A stretch of 36,266 nt of DNA. Source: Pseudomonadota bacterium (lineage in GTDB: Bacteria; Pseudomonadota; Alphaproteobacteria; Sphingomonadales; Sphingomonadaceae). A program made the position numbers and the translations under genes. Where the stretch lies: positions 1 to 36,266 of the forward strand of contig JBEEIJ010000142.1 of assembly GCA_041169905.1 (NCBI GenBank), given 5' to 3'. Below, in pieces: positions 20,731-28,679 of this stretch (within the stretch, counting starts at the first letter, position 1; the number at the start of each line of letters is the position of its first letter). Under the pieces are notes generated by a model. That model ran no database searches. It saw only the letters and a program-made list of their open reading frames with translations, and was not told the origin of the DNA.

Positions 20731-22229
20731 GTGAGCCAATTTTTGACCTCGCCGTAATCGGCGGCGGTATAAACGGTGCCGGCATTGCGCGCGACGCGGC
20801 CGGACGTGGCGCAAAGGTGGTCTTGCTTGAGCGCGGCGATCTTGCGCGCGGTACATCGTCTGCATCGACAAAACTTATTCACGGCGGGCTGCGCTATCTT
20901 GAGCATTATGAATTCGCGCTGGTGCGGGAATCCCTGATTGAGCGCGAGCGGTTGTGGGCCATTGCGCCGCACATCATTTGGCCGCTGCGCTTTATCCTGC
21001 CGCATCAAAAGGGCATTCGGCCCGCATGGCTCGTCCGCTTGGGCCTGTTTTTATATGACCATATTGGCGGCCGCAAACTGCTGCCCGCGACCCGCACCGT
21101 AAAGCTTGCGTCTGAACCCGCCGGTAAGCCGCTGAAGCCGGGATTCACCACTGCGTTTGAATATTCCGATTGCTGGGTCGATGATGCCCGATTGGTGATC
21201 TTTAACGCGATGGATGCCGCACAAAATGGCGCGGAAATCCGCACGCATTGCGAAGTGACGCACATCGAACGACGCGATGGCATCTGGCATATCGAAATTG
21301 CCGGGCAGCCACCCATCAAGGCGCGCGCCGTTGCCAACGCAGCAGGACCAGCGGTGCTTGAACTGCTGGCGCGCACCACCGGGCGGCAACGCAACGCAGC
21401 CGAAACCATCCGGCTTGTGCGCGGGTCGCATATCGTTGTGCGCAAAATGTTCGATACGCCGCAGGCGTATTTCTGCCAAAACCCCGACGGCCGGATCTTC
21501 TTCGCTATACCCTATGAGGATGATTTCACCCTGATCGGCACGACCGATGCCGATCACAAAGGTTCGCTCGACGACGTTTTCGCGACGCCCGAGGAAATCG
21601 ATTATATCTGCGAATCCGCTGGCGCTTATTTCAAACAAACCATTACTGCCGCCGACGTCATTTACGCTTACGCTGGTGTCCGGCCATTGGTCGATGACGG
21701 GTCGGGCAAGCCCGAAACCGCATCGCGCGGTTACCATTTTGAAGTCGACGTTGATGCCGATGGGCAAGCGCCGATTCTGTCTGTCTTCGGCGGCAAGATT
21801 ACAACATACCGCCACTTGGCAGAGAGCGCCGTCAAAAAGCTTGCCGGATATATGCCCGTTCTCGATGGGCGAAGCTGGACGCTCCAACAGCCGCTTCCCG
21901 GTGGCGATTTTCCAACCGATGGTGCCGATGACTTGGCGAACGAACTGCAACGCGCATATCCGTTTCTGCCTGCGTCCCTCACCCACCGCTGGGTGCGCAG
22001 CTATGGGACGCTGACGCGATTGATCTTGGGCGATGCCAACGCCATCGCAGATCTCGGCACGCATTTTGGCCACGGACTTTATGCGCGCGAAGTCGACTAT
22101 TTGATCGGCCAGGAATGGGCACGATCCGCCAGCGACATATTGTGGCGGCGCAGCAAGCTGGGCCTGCGTTTTTCTGACGCAGAAACACAGAAATTGGAAA
22201 GCTACGTCGCGGGCAAATTACGAAAATAA
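20727..22229 (+). CDS. glpD: FAD-dependent glycerol-3-phosphate dehydrogenase
   Basis: IGGGINGAGIARDAAGRG, TSSASTKLIHGGLRYLE, GVRPL, GGKITTYR, DILWRRSKLG; ATGA overlap with the upstream gene. Confidence 0.92.
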   Translation: MSEPIFDLAVIGGGINGAGIARDAAGRGAKVVLLERGDLARGTSSASTKLIHGGLRYLEHYEFALVRESLIERERLWAIAPHIIWPLRFILPHQKGIRPAWLVRLGLFLYDHIGGRKLLPATRTVKLASEPAGKPLKPGFTTAFEYSDCWVDDARLVIFNAMDAAQNGAEIRTHCEVTHIERRDGIWHIEIAGQPPIKARAVANAAGPAVLELLARTTGRQRNAAETIRLVRGSHIVVRKMFDTPQAYFCQNPDGRIFFAIPYEDDFTLIGTTDADHKGSLDDVFATPEEIDYICESAGAYFKQTITAADVIYAYAGVRPLVDDGSGKPETASRGYHFEVDVDADGQAPILSVFGGKITTYRHLAESAVKKLAGYMPVLDGRSWTLQQPLPGGDFPTDGADDLANELQRAYPFLPASLTHRWVRSYGTLTRLILGDANAIADLGTHFGHGLYAREVDYLIGQEWARSASDILWRRSKLGLRFSDAETQKLESYVAGKLRK

Positions 22230-22324
22230 GGCCGCATAAGTGATGCGCTTGTGGCTGGGCGAGGAAACTACCGCGATATCTTATCCTTTCTGGGTTGATT
22301 TCCGCCAACAAAGGGACCATCTGC

Positions 22325-22355
22325 CCCCAATCGGAGCAAATTTATCTGATTAGGG
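22325..22355 (+). promoter_or_regulatory. Putative Rrf2-family operator upstream of the suf operon
   Basis: CCCCAATCGGA-N9-TCTGATTAGGG, a 9/11 inverted repeat 8 nt before the Rrf2 start codon. Confidence 0.55.
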
Positions 22356-22363
22356 TCAATGTT

Positions 22364-22777
22364 ATGCGTTTGTCGAATATGGCAGATTATGCAGTGGTGG
22401 TTATGAGCGCGGCTTCGCGCCATTGCGGTTCTGCGCGCGTATCTGCGACCGACCTTGCGACCGAAACTGGCCTTGCGCTGCCCACGACTCAAAAGCTGGT
22501 GAGCATGTTGACCAAGGCGGGCCTTTTGCGTTCGGCACGGGGCACGGGCGGTGGCATCACGCTTGCCCGACCTGCTGCGGCCATCAACCTGGCGGATATT
22601 ATCGAGGCCGTCGAAGGCCCAATTGCAATGACCGCCTGCTGCGATACGCATAAACACGCCTTGGGCCAGCATTGTGCGAAAGAAGGCAGCTGCCACGTCC
22701 AATCGCATTGGCCCGTCGTCAACAACGCTGTGCGCGGTGCGCTTGCGCAAATCAATTTGGCAGGACTGACGCGATGA
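22364..22777 (+). CDS. Rrf2/IscR-like SUF system regulator
   Basis: MRLSN.ADYAVV, S.RG.GGG..LARP...[15 protein letters not shown]-terminal Cys residues; first gene of the suf operon. Confidence 0.9.
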   Translation: MRLSNMADYAVVVMSAASRHCGSARVSATDLATETGLALPTTQKLVSMLTKAGLLRSARGTGGGITLARPAAAINLADIIEAVEGPIAMTACCDTHKHALGQHCAKEGSCHVQSHWPVVNNAVRGALAQINLAGLTR

Positions 22778-24276
22778 CCGACGATATTGAGATCAAAGAC
22801 AAGGCTGCGTGGGACGCCGCCGAAAAGGTTGCCGATTACGAACATGGCTGGTCGTCGGACATCGAAACCGATTTCGCGCCAAAGGGCCTGAACGAAGATA
22901 CCGTCCGCTTCATTTCGGCCAAGAAGAATGAGCCCGAATGGATGCTCGAATGGCGGCTTAAGGCCTTTGCCATGTGGAAAACGATGGAAGCGCCGGATTG
23001 GGCCAAGCTCAATGTCCCGCCCATCGATTATCAAGATGCCTATTATTATGCCGCGCCCAAGGCGAAGCCAAAGCTGAATTCACTCGACGAGGTCGATCCC
23101 GAAATCCTGCGTGTTTATGAAAAGCTGGGTATTCCGATTGCCGAACAGAAATTGCTTGCCGGTGTCGAAGGCGGTGAAGATGGCGGCTTGCCCCAACGCC
23201 GCGTCGCGGTTGATGCCGTGTTTGACAGCGTTTCGGTTGCCACGACCTTCCGCGCCGAATTAGAGCGCGCTGGCGTTATCTTCCGCAGCATTTCGGAAGC
23301 GATTAAGGAATATCCTGATCTTGTCCGCAAATATCTCGGCAAGATTGTGCCGATGCACGACAATTATTTCGCCACGCTCAACTGCGCGGTCTTTTCCGAT
23401 GGGACGTTCGTCTACATCCCCGAAGGCGTGCGCTGCCCGATGGAGCTTTCCACCTATTTCCGTATCAACGCGGAAAATACGGGTCAGTTCGAACGGACAT
23501 TAATCGTCGCTGATAAGGGCAGCTATGTCAGCTATCTCGAAGGCTGTACCGCGCCGATGCGCGACGAGAACCAGCTGCACGCCGCTGTGGTCGAACTGGT
23601 CGCGCTGGACGATGCCGAAATCAAATATTCGACCGTGCAAAACTGGTATCCCGGCGACGCGGAAGGCAAAGGCGGCATCTACAATTTCGTCACCAAGCGC
23701 GCATTGTGCCAAGGACGGAACAGCAAGGTGAGCTGGACTCAGGTGGAAACCGGCAGTGCAGTGACGTGGAAATATCCAAGCTGCGTTTTGAACGGCGAAA
23801 ACAGCATTGGCGAATTTTACTCGGTCGCGGTGACCAACAATCACCAGCAGGCCGATACCGGCACCAAGATGATCCACAATGGCAAGGGTAGCCGCTCGAC
23901 CATTGTCAGCAAGGGCATCAGCGCCGGACACAGCAACAACACCTATCGCGGGCTGGTGCGCGTTGCGCCCAATGCCGAAGGCGTGCGCAACTTCACCCAA
24001 TGTGACTCGCTGCTGCTCGGGTCTTTAAGCGGCGCGCACACCGTCCCCTATATCGAAGTTCGCAACCCAAGCGCGCAGATCGAGCATGAGGCGACGACGA
24101 GCAAGATTTCGGACGACCAAATGTTCTACGCCATGGCCCGCGGCCTGAACGCCGAAGAAGCGGTCGCGCTGATCGTGAACGGCTTTGCCAAGGAAGTGCT
24201 GCAGCAACTGCCGATGGAATTCGCGGTTGAAGCGCAGAAGTTGTTGGGCATCAGCCTTGAGGGCTCGGTTGGATGA
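22774..24276 (+). CDS. sufB: Fe-S cluster assembly protein SufB
   Basis: [55 protein letters not shown]-terminal LEGSVG; ATGA overlap with Rrf2. Confidence 0.98.
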   Translation: MTDDIEIKDKAAWDAAEKVADYEHGWSSDIETDFAPKGLNEDTVRFISAKKNEPEWMLEWRLKAFAMWKTMEAPDWAKLNVPPIDYQDAYYYAAPKAKPKLNSLDEVDPEILRVYEKLGIPIAEQKLLAGVEGGEDGGLPQRRVAVDAVFDSVSVATTFRAELERAGVIFRSISEAIKEYPDLVRKYLGKIVPMHDNYFATLNCAVFSDGTFVYIPEGVRCPMELSTYFRINAENTGQFERTLIVADKGSYVSYLEGCTAPMRDENQLHAAVVELVALDDAEIKYSTVQNWYPGDAEGKGGIYNFVTKRALCQGRNSKVSWTQVETGSAVTWKYPSCVLNGENSIGEFYSVAVTNNHQQADTGTKMIHNGKGSRSTIVSKGISAGHSNNTYRGLVRVAPNAEGVRNFTQCDSLLLGSLSGAHTVPYIEVRNPSAQIEHEATTSKISDDQMFYAMARGLNAEEAVALIVNGFAKEVLQQLPMEFAVEAQKLLGISLEGSVG

Positions 24277-24800
24277 CTTGGAACCTTCGCGATCAAGCAA
24301 AACAAACAAACTCCCCTCCCCTTCAGGGGAGGGGCCGGGGGTGGGGTCTCTCCGCCGAGCGCATCGAGCAATTGGGCGGTTACGCTACGGATATGCGCCG
24401 CGAGCCAACCGCGCCGGAAAAGCGGCTATGGCGCGCGCTGTCGCGTTCACAACTCGGCGGCCACAAATTCCGCAGACAATCGGTCATCGGACCCTTCATC
24501 GCCGACTTCATGTGTCCGCAAAAGGGATTGGTTGTTGAAGTCGATGGCCACACGCATGCCGATATAGCGCGAGATGCTTGGCGGGATGCCAGACTGAATG
24601 AAATGGGTTTCCGCGTGCTTCACGTCCCCAATTCCGAAATCATGCACAATCTCGAAGGCGTGTGCGAAGGGCTGTTGGCGCTACTGGCCGAAATGCCGGA
24701 CCGTTACGAGAGACCCCACCCCAACCCCTCCCCTGAAGGGGAGGGGCTTAAGGAGGCGCAGAAGCTGTTGGGCATCAGCCTTGAGGGGAGCGTGGGGTGA
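24229..24800 (+). mobile_element. Putative DUF559 endonuclease cassette bounded by a 48-nt direct repeat of the sufB 3' end and carrying internal inverted repeats
   Basis: Direct repeats 24229-24276 and 24753-24800 (40/48 identical); inverted repeats 24313-24352 and 24708-24746; nuclease ORF between them. Confidence 0.7.
24273..24800 (+). CDS. DUF559 / very-short-patch-repair-like endonuclease with a SufB-derived C-terminal tail
   Basis: [38 protein letters not shown]...GFRVL...N; ends [15 protein letters not shown], identical to SufB. Confidence 0.88.
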   Translation: MTWNLRDQAKQTNSPPLQGRGRGWGLSAERIEQLGGYATDMRREPTAPEKRLWRALSRSQLGGHKFRRQSVIGPFIADFMCPQKGLVVEVDGHTHADIARDAWRDARLNEMGFRVLHVPNSEIMHNLEGVCEGLLALLAEMPDRYERPHPNPSPEGEGLKEAQKLLGISLEGSVG

Positions 24801-25012
24801 GGACAGCGCTCGCCTCGTTCTTTATCTTGGTCCCATGGATGCTAATCGCTCCATGGATCGCCAAGGGCTACGGTCAGTGGCATTGGCCTGATCCTTTTGC
24901 AGGTCGGAACGGCGCGTTTTTTGACGCCACGGTCTTCTACTTGCCTCCGTTGCTAGTGCTTGCATTGATCGTAAGAAAATTTTCCGGAAAGCCTAATGAT
25001 CCAAATAAATAA
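24797..25012 (+). CDS. Small orphan membrane protein (two hydrophobic segments)
   Basis: GTGA overlap with the DUF559 stop, GAGGGGAG RBS upstream, 17-nt overlap with the sufC start; 71 aa. Confidence 0.6.
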   Translation: MRTALASFFILVPWMLIAPWIAKGYGQWHWPDPFAGRNGAFFDATVFYLPPLLVLALIVRKFSGKPNDPNK

Positions 25013-25739
25013 CCTCCACGCCAATGTTGGCGACAAGCCTATCCTTAAAGGCCTCACGCTCTCGCTGAACGCGGGCGAGATCCATGCGATCATGGGTCCG
25101 AACGGCGCGGGAAAATCGACGCTGGGTTATGTGCTATCGGGCCGCCCGGGTTATGAGGTGACCGAAGGTTCGGTGACCTTCAACGGTCAGGATTTGCTCG
25201 CCCTCGAACCACATGAACGCGCCGCCGCCGGTCTGTTCTTGGGCTTTCAATATCCGGTCGAGATCCCCGGCGTATCGAACGTCCAGTTCCTGCGCGAGGC
25301 GCTCAATGCGCAGCGTAAATATCGCGGAGAGGCGCCGCTTACGGGTGGTGAATTCCTGAAGGTCGCGCGCGAACAGGCAAATGCACTGGGCATGGATATG
25401 GAGATGCTCAAGCGCCCGGTGAATGTCGGCTTTTCCGGCGGCGAGAAGAAGCGCAACGAGATGGTGCAAATGGGCATTATCGACCCTGCGCTTGCGATTC
25501 TCGATGAAACCGACAGCGGCCTCGACATCGACGCGCTGCGCAGTGTGGGCGATGGCATCAACCGCATCATGCGCAAGCCGGACAAGGCTGTGCTGCTGAT
25601 CACCCATTATCAGCGGCTGCTCGATTATGTGAAACCCGACTTCGTCCACGTCCTCGCCGACGGCCGCATCACGCGGACCGGCGGCGCGGAGCTCGCGCTT
25701 GAGTTGGAGCGTGACGGATATAAGGAATTGGCGGCATGA
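24996..25739 (+). CDS. sufC: Fe-S cluster assembly ATPase SufC
   Basis: GPNGAGKST, FQYPVEIPGV, VNVGFSGGEKKRNE, LDETDSGLDIDAL, ITHYQRLL. Confidence 0.97.
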   Translation: MIQINNLHANVGDKPILKGLTLSLNAGEIHAIMGPNGAGKSTLGYVLSGRPGYEVTEGSVTFNGQDLLALEPHERAAAGLFLGFQYPVEIPGVSNVQFLREALNAQRKYRGEAPLTGGEFLKVAREQANALGMDMEMLKRPVNVGFSGGEKKRNEMVQMGIIDPALAILDETDSGLDIDALRSVGDGINRIMRKPDKAVLLITHYQRLLDYVKPDFVHVLADGRITRTGGAELALELERDGYKELAA

Positions 25740-25849
25740 GCGCCGCAGGCATTCCTCTCTTTTTCTCTGCGACCTCTGCGCCTCTGCGTGCAAAAACAAT
25801 TGGTTCACGCAGAGGCGCAGAGGTCGCAGAGGGGTGCGCGCAGCGATGA
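25736..25849 (+). CDS. Putative 37-aa bridging mini-ORF through a palindrome (MSAAGIPLFFSATSAPLRAKTIGSRRGAEVAEGCAQR)
   Basis: Translated by hand: ATG overlaps the sufC TGA, its TGA overlaps the sufD ATG, no internal stop; AAGGA upstream. Confidence 0.5.
   Translation: MSAAGIPLFFSATSAPLRAKTIGSRRGAEVAEGCAQR
25765..25831. repeat. Perfect 26-bp inverted repeat built from CTCTGCG heptamers
   Basis: CTCTGCGACCTCTGCGCCTCTGCGTG, 15-nt loop, CACGCAGAGGCGCAGAGGTCGCAGAG. Confidence 0.92.
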
Positions 25850-26571
25850 CTGTTCTCCCAACGCGGCATGACGAAGCGTGGCGTTACAGCGATATTGATG
25901 CGCTAGCGCGGGCGTGGCCATTACCAGCGCCCGAAAGCATCATCGTGCCTGCGGGTGGAACCTTTGCGCGGACGATTATTCAGGACAGCGGCACTATCCA
26001 TCAATTGGACATCGCAATCGGCAAAGGCGCCACCGCCGCAATCCATGTGCTGAATATCGGTGGCGATTATGGGCGGGTAGAGCTTAACGTCACACTGCAA
26101 GAGGGCGCTGATTTCAAACTTGGCGCGGTGCAAATTGGTGGCGGCGCGCAAACGCTTGAGGTCATTACCACTGTTACCCATGCAGAACCCGGCGCAACAT
26201 CATCGCAGATTGTCCGCTCCGTTTTGGCGGGCACGGCGACTGGCACCTATCTCGGCAAAGTGGCCGTGGCACGCGATGCCCAGCAAACCGACAGCGTACA
26301 GTCCGTCAAAGCGATGCTGCTGGACCGCAGCGCGACGGCCAACGCCAAGCCCGAACTCGAAATCTACGCCGACGACGTCAAATGCGCCCATGGCTGCGCG
26401 ATTGGCGAGTTGGACGCCATGGGACTTTTCTATCTGCAAGCGCGCGGCATTACCCCTGCCGATGCAAAGAAGTTGATGTTGCAGGCATTTGTCGCGGGCG
26501 TGTTTGAAGGCGCGGCGGATGAAGAGGCGCTGACCGAAGCGGCTTTAGCCAAATTGGGGGATTTGGTGTGA
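25846..26571 (+). CDS. sufD: Fe-S cluster assembly protein SufD (short form)
   Basis: LPTRHDEAWRYSD, V.RDAQQTD, AKPELEIYADDVKCAHG, LFYLQARGI; start placed at MTVLPT. Confidence 0.92.
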   Translation: MTVLPTRHDEAWRYSDIDALARAWPLPAPESIIVPAGGTFARTIIQDSGTIHQLDIAIGKGATAAIHVLNIGGDYGRVELNVTLQEGADFKLGAVQIGGGAQTLEVITTVTHAEPGATSSQIVRSVLAGTATGTYLGKVAVARDAQQTDSVQSVKAMLLDRSATANAKPELEIYADDVKCAHGCAIGELDAMGLFYLQARGITPADAKKLMLQAFVAGVFEGAADEEALTEAALAKLGDLV

Positions 26572-27764
26572 CCACCACCGCCCTTCGTGACCAATTCCCT
26601 GGCCTTGCGAACAACTGGCATTATCTCGACACCGCCGCGACGGCGCAAAAACCGCAGGTCGTGCTCGACGCGATGATGCGTGCCGGTGGCGCCGATTATG
26701 CCACCGTCCATCGCGGCGTCTACGCCCGCTCGGCCAATATGACTGTCGCGTTTGAGGCAGCACGCGAGCGCGTGGCGCGCTTCATTGGCGCAGCATCGCC
26801 GAACGAAGTCGTGTTCGTCCGCGGCGCGACCGAGGGCATCAATTTGGTCGCGCAAAGCTGGGGTCCGGCCAATCTGAAGGCTGGCGACCGCATCATGCTC
26901 AGCCAGTTGGAGCATCACAGCAATATCGTGCCGTGGCAGATGCTTTGCGAAAAGGTCGGCGCGCATATCGACGTCTGCCCATTGACCGACGACGGCCTGA
27001 TTGACCTCGATTGGCTGGAAGCGAACCTTACCGAACAACACAAGCTCGTCGCGCTGGCGCATGTGTCCAATGTGCTTGGGTCGATCCTTGGCGTAAAGCG
27101 TGCGGCCAAGGCTGCACATGCCGTCGGTGCCAAGCTGATGCTCGACGGGTGTCAGGCCGCACCGCGCATGCGGCTGAACATGGCTGAGCTGGACTGCGAC
27201 TTTTACGTCATGTCCGGCCACAAATTATACGGCCCAACCGGCGTTGGCGTGTTGTGGGCAAAGGCGGAAACGCTGGATTCCATGCCCCCATGGCAGGGCG
27301 GCGGCGCGATGATTGATCGTGTGACCTTTGAAAAGACGACTTACGCCCCGGCGCCATCGCGGTTTGAGGCGGGCACGCCAATGATTATTGAAGTGATCGG
27401 CCTGCACGCCGCGATCGACTTTATCGACAGCTTTGGTCCCGAGGCGATATTCGCGCATGAAAGCGCGCTCGCCGCGCAAACGCGTGATGCCTTACGCGGT
27501 ATCAATTCGGTCACCTTATATGGTCCGGAAAAGTCCGCTGGGATCGTGTCCTTCAGCATGGAAGGCATCCATCCGCACGATATCGGAACGATATTGGACG
27601 AAGAAAATGTTGCCATTCGTGCTGGCCATCACTGCGCACAACCGCTGATGGACCATCTGGGCATCCCCGCCACCGCGCGGGCGAGCTTTGGTATTTATAA
27701 TGACGAAAATGATGTCGCAGCGCTGGTGCGCGGGCTGGAACGGGTGAAAAGGATTTTTGGATGA
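26568..27764 (+). CDS. sufS: Cysteine desulfurase SufS
   Basis: YLDTAATAQKP, EHHSNIVPWQ, SGHKLYGPTG (PLP Lys), RFEAGTP, RAGHHCAQPL; GTGA overlap with sufD. Confidence 0.96.
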   Translation: MTTTALRDQFPGLANNWHYLDTAATAQKPQVVLDAMMRAGGADYATVHRGVYARSANMTVAFEAARERVARFIGAASPNEVVFVRGATEGINLVAQSWGPANLKAGDRIMLSQLEHHSNIVPWQMLCEKVGAHIDVCPLTDDGLIDLDWLEANLTEQHKLVALAHVSNVLGSILGVKRAAKAAHAVGAKLMLDGCQAAPRMRLNMAELDCDFYVMSGHKLYGPTGVGVLWAKAETLDSMPPWQGGGAMIDRVTFEKTTYAPAPSRFEAGTPMIIEVIGLHAAIDFIDSFGPEAIFAHESALAAQTRDALRGINSVTLYGPEKSAGIVSFSMEGIHPHDIGTILDEENVAIRAGHHCAQPLMDHLGIPATARASFGIYNDENDVAALVRGLERVKRIFG

Positions 27765-27856
27765 ATTTCCCCGCTTTCGTCATGCTGAACTTGTTTCAGC
27801 AAAACAAACCGCAGTCGCGTGTTATCCTGAAACAAGTTCAGGATGACGAGGAGTAA
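27761..27856 (+). CDS. Putative 31-aa bridging mini-ORF through a palindrome (MNFPAFVMLNLFQQNKPQSRVILKQVQDDEE)
   Basis: Translated by hand: ATG overlaps the sufS TGA, AAAGGA upstream, TAA ends 2 nt before the sufT ATG. Confidence 0.5.
   Translation: MNFPAFVMLNLFQQNKPQSRVILKQVQDDEE
27777..27849. repeat. REP-doublet-like element: 25-bp inverted arms, each with an internal hairpin
   Basis: TCGTCATGCTGAACTTGTTTCAGCA-N23-TCCTGAAACAAGTTCAGGATGACGA; arms 23/25 complementary. Confidence 0.9.
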
Positions 27857-27858
27857 TT

Positions 27859-28326
27859 ATGAACGAGAACATCCGGATAGAAGAAGTTGATAGCGTCGAA
27901 AAGCCGCCTCGTGCGCGCGTGGAAAACGCCGTCGAAACGCCTGGTGAGACATTGGCCCGCAAGAAGGATTATCTGGAGGGCTTTCTCGCGCAGAAACCTG
28001 CTGCGCCATCACCGGGCGAACCCGACGGCGATTTGTACGAAGCGGTCATTGCGGCGCTTAAGGAAATTTACGACCCGGAAATTCCGGTGAACATTTATGA
28101 CCTTGGCCTGATTTACAATGTCGAGATCAATGACGGCCATGCGCTTGTGTCGATGACACTGACGACCCCGCATTGCCCGGTGGCGGAATCTATGCCGGGT
28201 GAAGTTGAACTGCGCGTTGGCGCGGTGCCGGGCATTGGTGATGCGGAAGTAAATTTGGTCTGGGAACCGGCATGGTCGCCCGCCAATATGACCGATGAAG
28301 CCCGTCTGGAGCTTGGAATGTTATGA
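27859..28326 (+). CDS. sufT: SUF system Fe-S assembly protein (DUF59, SufT-like)
   Basis: IYDPEIPVNIYDLGLIY, MTLTTPHCPVAE, LVWEPAW...M..EARLELG. Confidence 0.9.
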   Translation: MNENIRIEEVDSVEKPPRARVENAVETPGETLARKKDYLEGFLAQKPAAPSPGEPDGDLYEAVIAALKEIYDPEIPVNIYDLGLIYNVEINDGHALVSMTLTTPHCPVAESMPGEVELRVGAVPGIGDAEVNLVWEPAWSPANMTDEARLELGML

Positions 28327-28679
28327 CCGATGTAAAGACCCGCGTTCGCCCCGCTGCAGTCATCCTGACGCCCGCGTCGGAAGCGCGGATTGCTGAACTG
28401 ATGTCCAAGGCACCCGAAGGCGCGATTGGCGTGAAACTGTCCACGCCGCGCAGGGGCTGTTCGGGCCTCGCTTATTCGGTCGACTATGTGTCCGAAGCCA
28501 TCGCCTTCGATGAAAAAATCGAAACGCCGGGCGGTGTGCTCTATATCGATGGCGGCTCGGTGCTCTATCTCGTCGGATCCATCATGGATTGGGTCGAAGA
28601 TGAATTTGCCGCTGGCTTTGTCTTCAACAACCCCAACGCCACCGGCAGTTGTGGATGCGGCGAGAGCTTTACGGTTTAA
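28323..28679 (+). CDS. sufA: HesB/IscA/SufA A-type Fe-S carrier
   Basis: GCSGLAY, F.NPNA..SCGCGESF; ATGA overlap with sufT. Confidence 0.9.
   Translation: MTDVKTRVRPAAVILTPASEARIAELMSKAPEGAIGVKLSTPRRGCSGLAYSVDYVSEAIAFDEKIETPGGVLYIDGGSVLYLVGSIMDWVEDEFAAGFVFNNPNATGSCGCGESFTV

Noticed and set aside
24273-24800. Classical IS element, intein or group I/II intron in sufB
   Set aside because: No DDE, HUH, recombinase or reverse transcriptase motifs, no intein splice residues, and sufB is complete with its own stop before the insert.
25765-25831. CRISPR array or simple terminator
   Set aside because: A single inverted repeat with no spacers or cas genes. It sits mid-operon with no U-tract after it on the coding strand.
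25699-25845. N-terminal extension of SufD given in the ORF track (MSWSVTD...RRRGRRG)
   Set aside because: It starts at a TTG inside sufC and is a translation of the palindrome; SufD similarity begins at ATG 25846.
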